Under the pieces are notes generated by a model that searched no databases, had not been told where the DNA came from, and worked only from the letters and a program-made list of their open reading frames with translations. Positions 46,909 to 56,845 of a DNA stretch of 64,000 bases are shown here, piece by piece. Numbering within the stretch: position 1 is the first letter of the stretch; every line of letters begins with the position of its first letter. This DNA comes from a virus. Lineage: Duplodnaviria > Caudoviricetes. The stretch covers positions 1-64,000 of the IMG/VR virus record IMGVR_UViG_3300028048_000077, one strand, 5' to 3'. Position numbers and translations under genes: made by a program.

Positions 46909-47892
46909 TCAATTATTTGATTTTTCATTTAAATCTATTTCAAATTCTCCATCTAGGTCAACTTCAACCTCTACGTCAACTGTTCCCTCAATATCATTTG
47001 AAACTGATCCGAAAATATTAGCTGTTCCAGTTATTTCATCACTAACTAAGTTAATATCAAATGTTCCAGCTATAGTATACATTATCTTTCTATGAATAGT
47101 AGTTGTACCATCTATATCAACTGGTGTAGTTTCTACAGCAACATGATTTACACCATTTATATCATTATCTGGAGTCTTTACAGAAACATCAAATAATCCA
47201 CTAAAGTCAAATGGTAAAGCTACATCAGCAACATTGATTGTACCTTCCATTTCTGTATAAGTTTCTGTAGGATCAGGAATATCTGTACTTGTAGTATAAG
47301 TCAATTTACAAGTAATCTGATTAATATCATCGTATAAATAGCATGTATTTGATAATGGAGTATCATCACCAATAGTAGATTGAATTAGAGCAGTATCAAT
47401 ACATATAGAATTACATCTTTCTATTCCAAGTATATCTTTTATTTCTTGATATTTCTTTTCAGGAATTCCATTAAACTTTTCATATATAGATATATTGAGT
47501 TTAGAAATATCATTAAAAGTATGATTTCCTGGATATCTTGTACTATTATTTGCAGTAGTTTGATATATAATATCATTTGTATATATATTCTTAAGAGTTA
47601 CTGTAGTTTTAATATTTTCAGGATCTAAATAATATCTATATTTAGGATTATGTATCATATAAAAATATATTTTATCCATTGGATATGATGAATTAGTCTG
47701 GTAATCTCTTATATGAGAATATACAGAAAGAATGTAATCAACTGGATGGTTTTCATCAAATGGATATACATTTTCATCTACTTTTTCTAAATACCAAAAT
47801 ACATCAATTTTATTATATTCACCATTTATCGTGGCAGAAATGACATAATGATCATTTAGAACTATTTCTCTGCCTTTTACAATCATTGACAT
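46909..47892 (-). CDS. putative fibre-associated protein with DING repeats
   Basis: N-terminal paralogy to 43039-44808 (GREI.L, LEKVD.NVYP, YIL.VYSH, MDK..FYMIHN). Confidence 0.7.
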   Translation of the reverse strand: MSMIVKGREIVLNDHYVISATINGEYNKIDVFWYLEKVDENVYPFDENHPVDYILSVYSHIRDYQTNSSYPMDKIYFYMIHNPKYRYYLDPENIKTTVTLKNIYTNDIIYQTTANNSTRYPGNHTFNDISKLNISIYEKFNGIPEKKYQEIKDILGIERCNSICIDTALIQSTIGDDTPLSNTCYLYDDINQITCKLTYTTSTDIPDPTETYTEMEGTINVADVALPFDFSGLFDVSVKTPDNDINGVNHVAVETTPVDIDGTTTIHRKIMYTIAGTFDINLVSDEITGTANIFGSVSNDIEGTVDVEVEVDLDGEFEIDLNEKSNN

Positions 47893-47985
47893 GATTTGTT
47901 TCCCTCCTATAACTAGATAGATGGAGCAGCAAGAGCTGCTCCATATTCTAGTATTTAGCGATTATATCCATAAATGATTTTTAGA

Positions 47986-50900
47986 TTACACTATATCTAT
48001 ATTACCATTTATATTAGGTACATAACAAGTATCTGGAATATCGATATACCCGTTTATATTCATACTTACTGGAGCAAGTACGGTTATAGAACCATCTATA
48101 TCGTTACCCATATCATTTGAGCCAATACCATTAATGAAATATGTATTGGTATCTATTATTACTAGATCATTTCCATATATAGTATCAACTGATACAATGA
48201 CATCACCAGTCATATCTGCATTTACTTTAGTAGGTATTGAGATATTACCAGTTATATCAGCATTAACATCCATTAGTATATTAAATGCACCATTTATATC
48301 TATAGATGGAGCCTCTTCCTTAATTGAAATAACACCAGTCATATCATACATAACTGGTCTATCTTCCTTAATACCAATAGTACCAATGATTTCATTAGCC
48401 ATGTTCTTAGAAATAGGATTGTTATTCCAATAATAGATATTTGCTTCTGCTATTTCTACTCTACCATTAATATCAGTAGTAAATTTACCATTATATACAA
48501 CTGTATGACCAGTAATAGTATCGTAAATTGGACCTGGTTCATATACATATTTCAAAGTAAATATATCTCTAGGAGCTATAGAATCTGTATAACTAGTTGT
48601 AACTTGCATAGTTTGAACTTCTCTAGGAGATACATAATCAAGTTTATCTAAACTGATAAGCATAGTATGTACATCATTAGGACGAATATAAAGCTCTGGA
48701 TCATTTGGATTATTAAATTTCATGTTTATAGTCATTTGATATAGATATACTTTATATGATTTAAAGAAGTTAATCATAGTAAATAAGTACTCTAATAAGT
48801 ATCTTTGACTTGCACCAGGAAATTGATCATAAATATATGCAAATTCATCAGAGTCTATCCATTCGTCTAAGATATAAATAATATCCTGAATATTTTGAAT
48901 TATTGTATCTCTTTTAGAATTATCATCTTCTATAGAAGCTATACTTACAATTAAATCATGAAGAATAGGATCTTTTTCATCTAAGAACTCAGTAAATGTA
49001 GTAGCTTGAGTTCCATCTGATAATTTGAAATATTCTAAATTGAATTCCCAAATCATAAGAGAATCATGAAGCTTCTTCCAGATACACCAAATATCATATG
49101 TATTTGCATTGATTAAACCATCACAAATAGTATTATAGATATTTTTATTAGTATTGAAAGTTTCTACAAACTGATCTATATCTACAAATTCAGGATCAGG
49201 ATTCATAAATCCAAATACATCATAATCTTCTGGTCTACGTCTCTGATCAAGAATCCACTGTTTTAAAGCTCCTAAATCTGCATGGAAATTAAATCCTCTA
49301 GCATATAGAATCTCACTTGGTTTTACAAATATCTTATCTTCCATATTCTGGAATACATACATAAGTGATGTCATATAACAGAATAAATGGCCTATATTAA
49401 ACTCATGATAGTTTGATAAGGTAGATACTCTTACATTCAGTTTATTCTCTTTGAATACATCATCCCAAAGCATACTATAAAAATATGCTAATTGGAAGGA
49501 TGCTTCTGATACATCCATAAGATAATCTACAGTAAGATATTTAGTTCTAGCATAGTTAAACTTCTTTTTTAGAATAGCTCTTTTTACATCATAATATCTA
49601 CTATTGCTGGTTTTATTTGAACCATCAGGACCAAGCCAGAATTTATCACCAATGGCGAATGTATCATAGCTCTTAACATGTTCTTGTTTCTTTACTATAG
49701 TAGAAAGATTTGTAAATGTAGAAAATGGTATTCTTAAGAAGTATAAATTAAAATCATTTTCAAGATCTTCATTACCTTCTGTACCACCAGTTGCATCTAT
49801 AAATATCCATGGAGCACAATTTTTATATAAGAATGTAAATGTAAATGATTGTAATTCTTGAGCTGTATTATCATCAATAAAAGCAATAGAATCATTTACC
49901 AAATCATATGATTCTTCATTCATCCATACTTTATTATTATCAATAAACCAAGGCCAATCATTAATAATAAAATTATTGAATGGCTGTGGCACTTCAAGAA
50001 TATTATTTTGAACATCATCTATTGTTTTAGTAACTTCTTTTACAGTAATTAAATTTTCCTTTTCAAACCAATATCTTTTATTACAGAAATACAAGAAAGT
50101 TATATTTTCTCCAATAGCAGCAATATTATCAGATATTTCCATATATGGAGAATAATCTGTAATACTTCTATATATTTCTGGTACGTATAAAGTATGAGTA
50201 AATGCTAATACATCATGCCCAGTTTCTTGATATGGATAGAATGGAACATCCATCCATACTCTAATTGGATTATCATGTTTTACTATTTCAGTAGATTGGA
50301 ATATCTTAATACTATTTTCAACTTCTTCAATATAGATATATTCTACACAAAGTTTTTGTTTCAGATATGGCCTATAATCTGGATCTAAAATAGTAACCTT
50401 GTTTCCATTAAGTGTATAATCTACACCAAGTTCAAGTGGGATACCTGCAGAATCTACAATAATTTTATTTCCCTTTTCAAAATAATATGTATCAGGAAAA
50501 TCTATTATAAATTCTGATTGGAATTTAGTAGTAGCATTGTAGTATTTGTATATAGTATTAACATTGTTTTCTGTATCAGTATAATAGTAGTGGAAAGTTA
50601 TTGTATCTCCAATTTCTAATCCCATATTAAGATTAGTTAATACAAGTTTATTTCCATATACTTGATAATATGAATCATCTAAGTACCAATCCAATAATTC
50701 TACATATACTTTGAATCCTCTAGCATCATAATTACTAATAGGAGGATGTATAGTAAATTCAACTTGGTATTGAGTTGTAGCTGTAATAGTTTCACTTGTA
50801 TGATGCAAATCAATTTCTTCATATATTGAATTTTTACTATATACAAAATGGAATATAATACTTCTACCTTCTACTATCATACTAGGATTCTTAAATGTAA

Positions 50901-52689
50901 TAGTTGCATTTACATAATCTATTATATATCTTTTAGGATCTATAAATACCTCGCCCATTGTAATAAAGAAACTATTTCCATGAATAGTATAATATTTAAA
51001 TGGCTCTGGTATTTTAAATGTAGCTTGTCCATCACTAGATGCAACCACATAATCTTGATAGAATTTAGTTTGTTGATTATCACTATATACATATATTATA
51101 TTAACTTTTCTATCAGTCAAATCTATATTAGAGCTTATAGTAAGTTTATTAGTAGTACTATCCACACTATACATAGATGGATGTAAAATTAGTGTATTTA
51201 CAGATACTATAATATCATTTCCATCATTAAGATAATCTTCATATGGAAGATCTAAATCATATTCATATACAACTGGAGAAGAGTCTTCAAAGTATTGATT
51301 ATGAATTTTAATTGGATCACTAGTATCTGGATTATATTCATTATCTACGGTATTTTTATCATAATAGAATTCAAATCTAATAGTATGAGTAGATTTAGTA
51401 TTGTCTAAATCAACTTGTGCAAATTCTAATTTATCGTAATCATATATAAAATAGTTTTCTGGTAACTGTTTAATATCATCTATCCATATATACATTTTAT
51501 TTCCTTTATTAAGGAAATATAAAAATGGCCATGGTATTTCTATATTATCAAAATCAGTTATATCAGTTAAAGTTCTAGTTGTTCTCTTTAAGATAGTATT
51601 CTCTATTGAATCGATTAAATCTGTTGTTGTATATATTGGATTTCCAAAAGCATCATATTTTCTATTTCTCATTAAAAGATATTTATTAATCTCTACATCA
51701 GTAGCTTGGAAATACATAATAAGATTAAGCATATCTCTAGGAGAAGATTTATACTGAACTAAAGCATTTATATTCTTTACAAGTATAATCTGATACTTTA
51801 GTGGAATTGAATCATAGTATGGTACTCCATACATATCAAATATAAATTTACAGCATCTATTATCAAGTATATCTTTCTTAACTATTCTATCCTGTAATTC
51901 TACTACACAATCATTAATAGTAAGGAAAAGAATATACATACAAAGAAAAGCATTGTAGTGCTCAGAATTAAATTCCATAGCATCTGAATCTACAGCTCTA
52001 TCTACAAACATACGAGAAACTTCAAACTTATCATGAAATAAATCATCTATTTCTACTACTCCACAAGATTTAGAATAAAGAATCTGTTTATCTACTGCTC
52101 GTCTTGCTTTATATATATCTATACCAGCAGTAATGAAGTTTAAGTATTTTGCTTCTGGGTAATCTTGTCTGATTGCATCAAGAGCACCATACTTTTCAAA
52201 CATTCTTGCTCCATCACAACCAAGTTCATGAACATATACTGCATCCACAGTTTCATTTTCAGGAATTAAATACATATATGGAGCAACTGGTATTCCGATA
52301 TCTCCATAAGGAGGAAGACCAGTAATCATTCGATAATAGTTATTCTTTTCTTCATAATTATCTATGATATTTTTTCTTGCAACTTCTACAAGAGCTTCTT
52401 GATACTCTTCTGGTACATCTCTTATATTTGCTAGATAAATATCTATATATGCACTTGGTACACCCGCTTCTACCATCATTTCTTCGGTGTAATCATACAT
52501 AGTAAATGTACCACTACCATCCTTCGAATAAATAAACTTTTCAGCAGCAGCAGATGACTCATCGGTTTCATTAGCCAAAGCAACTGATTCGTCTTTTAGT
52601 ATACAACTATAGGCTATCTGTTGTACATAGTATATCAAGTTATCCAGAAATGGATTGTCAGTATACTTTTTCGTAATATCAAGAGCCAT
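47986..52689 (-). CDS. large virion protein (baseplate/tail-associated)
   Basis: 1567 aa; beta modules like those in 27701-31408; C-terminal DINGxxxI repeats. Confidence 0.7.
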   Translation of the reverse strand: MALDITKKYTDNPFLDNLIYYVQQIAYSCILKDESVALANETDESSAAAEKFIYSKDGSGTFTMYDYTEEMMVEAGVPSAYIDIYLANIRDVPEEYQEALVEVARKNIIDNYEEKNNYYRMITGLPPYGDIGIPVAPYMYLIPENETVDAVYVHELGCDGARMFEKYGALDAIRQDYPEAKYLNFITAGIDIYKARRAVDKQILYSKSCGVVEIDDLFHDKFEVSRMFVDRAVDSDAMEFNSEHYNAFLCMYILFLTINDCVVELQDRIVKKDILDNRCCKFIFDMYGVPYYDSIPLKYQIILVKNINALVQYKSSPRDMLNLIMYFQATDVEINKYLLMRNRKYDAFGNPIYTTTDLIDSIENTILKRTTRTLTDITDFDNIEIPWPFLYFLNKGNKMYIWIDDIKQLPENYFIYDYDKLEFAQVDLDNTKSTHTIRFEFYYDKNTVDNEYNPDTSDPIKIHNQYFEDSSPVVYEYDLDLPYEDYLNDGNDIIVSVNTLILHPSMYSVDSTTNKLTISSNIDLTDRKVNIIYVYSDNQQTKFYQDYVVASSDGQATFKIPEPFKYYTIHGNSFFITMGEVFIDPKRYIIDYVNATITFKNPSMIVEGRSIIFHFVYSKNSIYEEIDLHHTSETITATTQYQVEFTIHPPISNYDARGFKVYVELLDWYLDDSYYQVYGNKLVLTNLNMGLEIGDTITFHYYYTDTENNVNTIYKYYNATTKFQSEFIIDFPDTYYFEKGNKIIVDSAGIPLELGVDYTLNGNKVTILDPDYRPYLKQKLCVEYIYIEEVENSIKIFQSTEIVKHDNPIRVWMDVPFYPYQETGHDVLAFTHTLYVPEIYRSITDYSPYMEISDNIAAIGENITFLYFCNKRYWFEKENLITVKEVTKTIDDVQNNILEVPQPFNNFIINDWPWFIDNNKVWMNEESYDLVNDSIAFIDDNTAQELQSFTFTFLYKNCAPWIFIDATGGTEGNEDLENDFNLYFLRIPFSTFTNLSTIVKKQEHVKSYDTFAIGDKFWLGPDGSNKTSNSRYYDVKRAILKKKFNYARTKYLTVDYLMDVSEASFQLAYFYSMLWDDVFKENKLNVRVSTLSNYHEFNIGHLFCYMTSLMYVFQNMEDKIFVKPSEILYARGFNFHADLGALKQWILDQRRRPEDYDVFGFMNPDPEFVDIDQFVETFNTNKNIYNTICDGLINANTYDIWCIWKKLHDSLMIWEFNLEYFKLSDGTQATTFTEFLDEKDPILHDLIVSIASIEDDNSKRDTIIQNIQDIIYILDEWIDSDEFAYIYDQFPGASQRYLLEYLFTMINFFKSYKVYLYQMTINMKFNNPNDPELYIRPNDVHTMLISLDKLDYVSPREVQTMQVTTSYTDSIAPRDIFTLKYVYEPGPIYDTITGHTVVYNGKFTTDINGRVEIAEANIYYWNNNPISKNMANEIIGTIGIKEDRPVMYDMTGVISIKEEAPSIDINGAFNILMDVNADITGNISIPTKVNADMTGDVIVSVDTIYGNDLVIIDTNTYFINGIGSNDMGNDIDGSITVLAPVSMNINGYIDIPDTCYVPNINGNIDIV

Positions 52690-52770
52690 TTACTTCTCCT
52701 CCTTATTTGCATTACTTTAATTGTCGACCCATCTAATAATGACAAACTTTTATATAAAGGGGTGATTAAC

Positions 52771-53475
52771 GTGGATACAAATGTTAATGTACCAGATATA
52801 TATCAATACGATGATTATAATCCTACATTACATTCTCCTTCTTCTGAATTTGATATTCCTTTTGCTCAAACAAAGGAAAGTTTTATTGATGTAGAAGTAT
52901 ATAGAAAATTCTTAGAAAATGCTATTTCTAGATTTAGACACTCTAGAACATATAAAAATTATAAGTCTCATTTAATGAGTCTTGGATTGGATACTTGCCA
53001 AATACATGGAAATATTCATAGTAATGAAGATGATGAAATGGCTACTATAGAAATGCATCATAATATACTTACTATATTTGATGTGGCTCTTATATTATCT
53101 GAACATATTTTGAATACTGAAGGAAGAATTACTACATTTACTTTAGTAGATGCTCTTAAAAGAGAGCATATCAATCATAGAGTAGCTACTGTTATGCTTA
53201 CAAAAACTGTACATCAATTAGTACATGCTGACAGAGATTTTATTATTCCTCCTAGTATGTGCTTTGGAGATTGGATAAGTTTCTTACAATTATATAGAGA
53301 TGGTATTACTAGAGATATTGCATACAAACTTATGTACTATCTTCAGAATTGTATAAAAAATAATAATAAGTTGAATTCTCATACTTGTGATGCAGTAGGA
53401 CTCAGAGATTGGATACATGAATGGTCTGAGTATAATGCAAATGATGTAGTTGTATTAAGTAAAGTTACAGATTAA
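52771..53475 (+). CDS. hypothetical protein, possible HNH-like fold
   Basis: GTG start after AAGGGGTGA SD (track starts it at 52621); CQIHG...IEMHH...VMLTKTVHQLVH. Confidence 0.65.
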   Translation: MDTNVNVPDIYQYDDYNPTLHSPSSEFDIPFAQTKESFIDVEVYRKFLENAISRFRHSRTYKNYKSHLMSLGLDTCQIHGNIHSNEDDEMATIEMHHNILTIFDVALILSEHILNTEGRITTFTLVDALKREHINHRVATVMLTKTVHQLVHADRDFIIPPSMCFGDWISFLQLYRDGITRDIAYKLMYYLQNCIKNNNKLNSHTCDAVGLRDWIHEWSEYNANDVVVLSKVTD

Positions 53476-53653
53476 AAAAGAAATCACTTTTCTCTTTATA
53501 TATTACATATTCTAATAGTACTAAATCTCAAATATGTAAAAAGTTAAATTTCAAGTAACTTACGTAGTAAGAATATGAATGAAGAGGGGTCTGGGGGAAA
53601 GACTCCACAAAAAATAATCCCATACCCTAATTGGGTATGGGATATATAGTGTT

Positions 53654-53977
53654 TTATTTTGTTAATGGAATTCGTAATATAGGGGATTTTATTCCATCAG
53701 AAATAATTTTAGTTCCTTTATATCCATATTCATCTTTTAGAATATTTATAATAAATTCTACATCAATTCCTCCCCAGTCATAATTTTTTATTACGATATC
53801 TACATAATCAATTGTAGGATTAGCATCAATAGCATCCCTGATATTATCCTGTATTATATTATTTAATATATACAGTAATTCTTTACTGTTACGAATTTCT
53901 TTAAGTTTCATCTTTTTATACTTCAATGCTTCTTCTAGAGTTATTAGGATTGAGTCTTTTATCATACTATTATTCAT
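53654..53977 (-). CDS. hypothetical protein
   Basis: ORF track. Confidence 0.7.
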   Translation of the reverse strand: MNNSMIKDSILITLEEALKYKKMKLKEIRNSKELLYILNNIIQDNIRDAIDANPTIDYVDIVIKNYDWGGIDVEFIINILKDEYGYKGTKIISDGIKSPILRIPLTK

Positions 53978-54248
53978 CCTTCTTTTCTAAATATATTTTA
54001 AGAATATTTTTATCACATTCTGCTGGATATCCATATTCATCTAGCATATCTAATATTACTGATGGTAGGATATCATTTGGTAAATTAAATGTAAACATAT
54101 CTTTACCAGGATTCTTATCTATTGAATTAATCATTCTTTGTTCAATAGATTCTAATAAGCTTATATACTTATTATCCTTATACAAATTTTTAATTTTTTC
54201 ATCCCTATAGGCTCTCATTTCTTTTACAGTCATCATAATTAATATCAT
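53970..54248 (-). CDS. hypothetical protein
   Basis: ORF track. Confidence 0.7.
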   Translation of the reverse strand: MILIMMTVKEMRAYRDEKIKNLYKDNKYISLLESIEQRMINSIDKNPGKDMFTFNLPNDILPSVILDMLDEYGYPAECDKNILKIYLEKKDE

Positions 54249-54256
54249 CCTTTCTT

Positions 54257-54892
54257 TTATTCTTTAAATCTGTCTTCAATATGAATCATTTCTTCATAAT
54301 CCCATCTACTATAAAAGATTCCTCCTTCATGTTCTTCTTTATCATACTCAAGAAAATCTTTATATGTATAAATTTTTCCATCAGAAGCAAATTCATAGGT
54401 TTTAATAAATTCTATACATTTATCTAAGCCACGATTTAATAAATCTTTTGGAGATTCATTCTCTTCAGGAATTATAAATAACGCAGGATCATGACTATAT
54501 ACATTGCGATTTCTAATAAATTCATCCAATAAATCTTTTGATATTTTATCTGGATGATGTATATAAAATCTTATTTGAATTTCATTATTCTTGTACCAAG
54601 TTATATATTCAATTCTCATTTCAATAATAGTATGTACTAACGCCTGATCTTCATAATATTTACAATAAGAATAATAGTTTAATTGTTCTGCCTCATAAAA
54701 ATCACCTAGTTCATTATATTGATTTCTAACTTCACAAAACTTTTTTGCCTCTTCTTCTGTATTCATGAATGCTACAAAGAAACATGATTTAGTCACGTCA
54801 TCAATGTTAATATTATACTTAATATTATCATTTTCATCAAAGAAATCTTTATTATCCCTATCTAAATAATCTACTTCAAAAACAACAAACAT
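54257..54892 (-). CDS. hypothetical protein
   Basis: ORF track, GGAGG SD, promoter motif upstream. Confidence 0.8.
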   Translation of the reverse strand: MFVVFEVDYLDRDNKDFFDENDNIKYNINIDDVTKSCFFVAFMNTEEEAKKFCEVRNQYNELGDFYEAEQLNYYSYCKYYEDQALVHTIIEMRIEYITWYKNNEIQIRFYIHHPDKISKDLLDEFIRNRNVYSHDPALFIIPEENESPKDLLNRGLDKCIEFIKTYEFASDGKIYTYKDFLEYDKEEHEGGIFYSRWDYEEMIHIEDRFKE

Positions 54893-54962
54893 AACTATTC
54901 CTCCCTAAAAATAACTAAGTAATTTTTATAGGGAATAGCATTAAGCTACTCCCTATTCCTAT

Positions 54963-54978
54963 TCATATATATAGTATA
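54963..54978 (-). promoter_or_regulatory. Conserved promoter motif
   Basis: TATACTATATATATGA. Confidence 0.8.
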
Positions 54979-55037
54979 TAATTGATTTGAGTTTTAGTAA
55001 TATACAAAATTGACTTCTTAGTATAGGAGGAGATAAT

Positions 55038-55658
55038 ATGAAATACTTAATTAATTTTTATAATAACGTGATTAAAGGAACTAAAGCAGATGAATTATTT
55101 CATCTTCCTGGATTTTGGATTACTCTTTTATTTACCATATTAGCAATTGTTCTATATACAGATAAGTGGTTCTTCTTAGCTGCTTATGTAGCTGTATATT
55201 TATTGTATAAACTTAATGTACAACTTGATGAAAAGAATAGATTAGATAAGGTAAAAATCTATGATCCTGAAGTTATAAATGTATTAGATAATATAATCAA
55301 TGATGCATTCAATGAATATTTCATGTTTAATGAAGGATTTAGAGAAGATAAACATGCTATATCTGCTGTACAAGAAAAAGAGATTATGGATAGAATGGTA
55401 GATCTTGTATCTGCTAGACTATCTGAATCCACTATAACTAAATTAGAAGCATATTATAATAAAGATGCTATTCCAGATATTATTTCTAGTAAGATATTTA
55501 TGGCAATAACTTCATATGTAGTTGCTAATGCTACATCTGATGAACCAAATAAACCTACTAAAGAACAGAAGATTTTGATGAATGAACTTTCTACTATTGG
55601 AGAGGGATTACATCCTGTTGATAATAGTGCTCCTGAGACAGAAATAAAATACCTATAA
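55038..55658 (+). CDS. membrane protein with two N-terminal transmembrane segments
   Basis: FWITLLFTILAIVLY and WFFLAAYVAVYLLY; AGGAGG SD. Confidence 0.75.
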   Translation: MKYLINFYNNVIKGTKADELFHLPGFWITLLFTILAIVLYTDKWFFLAAYVAVYLLYKLNVQLDEKNRLDKVKIYDPEVINVLDNIINDAFNEYFMFNEGFREDKHAISAVQEKEIMDRMVDLVSARLSESTITKLEAYYNKDAIPDIISSKIFMAITSYVVANATSDEPNKPTKEQKILMNELSTIGEGLHPVDNSAPETEIKYL

Positions 55659-55824
55659 CATATAGGTAGTGTAGAATACCCATACACCCAAACATACAAG
55701 TCAAGATAGTTGTAGCTATCACTATTTGTCCCTCTGTGTCCCCAAACACAGAGGGATAGATAGTGTAAAATCTTACAAAATAAAACTATTATATAATGTA
55801 ATAAAAAATATTTTGTAAGAGGAG

Positions 55825-56271
55825 TTGTTTGTTATGTCAAAAATCGAGGAGCATGTAAAGAAGTATTATGAACTTCATGTGGAAAGTAAGGTTAAATCCT
55901 TAGAGAAAAAATTAGATGAATATATTAAATCTAATTTTCCAGATGAATATGAGAAATCTATAAGTGATTTTGAATTATTTGAAGATTCATATGATATCGT
56001 AAAATATTTCGATTTATATTCTCACCTTACTTTTATTCCTAAGCCTTTGAAATGTTCTTTCATGGGTTTTATACCTACTAAAGAAACTAGTAAGAAAGCT
56101 CATGATTATTTATTAAGTATAGTAAAAATGGCTAATTATAAATTTCCTGATTATGATTTTAAGTATCAGATTTCTGATTGTAGGTATAGACCTGTAAATT
56201 GTTCTGAATTCCATGTTGCTATGTTTATTGTAGTAGTACCAAAGGATTATAGAGATCCTAATAGATACTAA
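55825..56271 (+). CDS. hypothetical protein
   Basis: ORF track, GAGGAG SD. Confidence 0.75.
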   Translation: MFVMSKIEEHVKKYYELHVESKVKSLEKKLDEYIKSNFPDEYEKSISDFELFEDSYDIVKYFDLYSHLTFIPKPLKCSFMGFIPTKETSKKAHDYLLSIVKMANYKFPDYDFKYQISDCRYRPVNCSEFHVAMFIVVVPKDYRDPNRY

Positions 56272-56350
56272 AAAAATAAGGGTAGAGATATCTCTACCCT
56301 TAACTTTAAATTAGATACAATTTCATTTTATTTTCCCCTCAAACTAATCC

Positions 56351-56455
56351 CTAAAGGTGTAGAAAGAATTCTACAATAATTTTAATTATAGTTTCTAATA
56401 AGATATCGGCCAATACTTTTATATACTTATTAGAACCTTTAGGTATTGAGGTCAT
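56351..56455 (-). CDS. 34-aa amphipathic peptide MTSIPKGSNKYIKVLADILLETIIKIIVEFFLHL
   Basis: Promoter motif 56514-56529, leader hairpin, SD AGAAAGGAG. Confidence 0.7.
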   Translation of the reverse strand: MTSIPKGSNKYIKVLADILLETIIKIIVEFFLHL

Positions 56456-56606
56456 TTAGATCATCTCCTTTCTGAGGGGATTGGGTAGGATATAGTTCCC
56501 AGCTATATTCTACTCATATTTATAGTATATAACTAAAAATAAATAAATTAACAAAAAAGAAAGGGATGCATTGTATTGCATTCCCAGAGGAATTTGGCAG
56601 CACCCA

Positions 56607-56696
56607 TTAGATCATTTGAATTAAAATTTTTATCAATTCTATTATTAAACTTTGCAGCAAGCCTAATATGAATTGTATGAAAAATTTCATGATCAT
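56607..56696 (-). CDS. 29-aa amphipathic peptide MIMKFFIQFILGLLQSLIIELIKILIQMI
   Basis: Promoter motif 56768-56783, leader hairpin, SD AGAAAGGAGG. Confidence 0.7.
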   Translation of the reverse strand: MIMKFFIQFILGLLQSLIIELIKILIQMI

Positions 56697-56814
56697 AAGA
56701 GTATACCTCCTTTCTATATGGGTGCATGAGTAGGATATAGACGCACCTAATAATATCTATATCCTACTCATATTTATAGTATATAACTAAAAATAATTAA
56801 TATTACAAAACATA

Positions 56815-56840
56815 TCCCTCTACCCAATTGGGTAGAGGGA
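56815..56840. terminator. Hairpin family member
   Basis: TCCCTCTACCC-AATT-GGGTAGAGGGA. Confidence 0.8.
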
Positions 56841-56845
56841 ATAGT

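Noticed and set aside
53480-53610. Possible ncRNA or origin in the intergenic gap
   Set aside because: Only weak stems and a short G-rich patch; no iterons or convincing fold.
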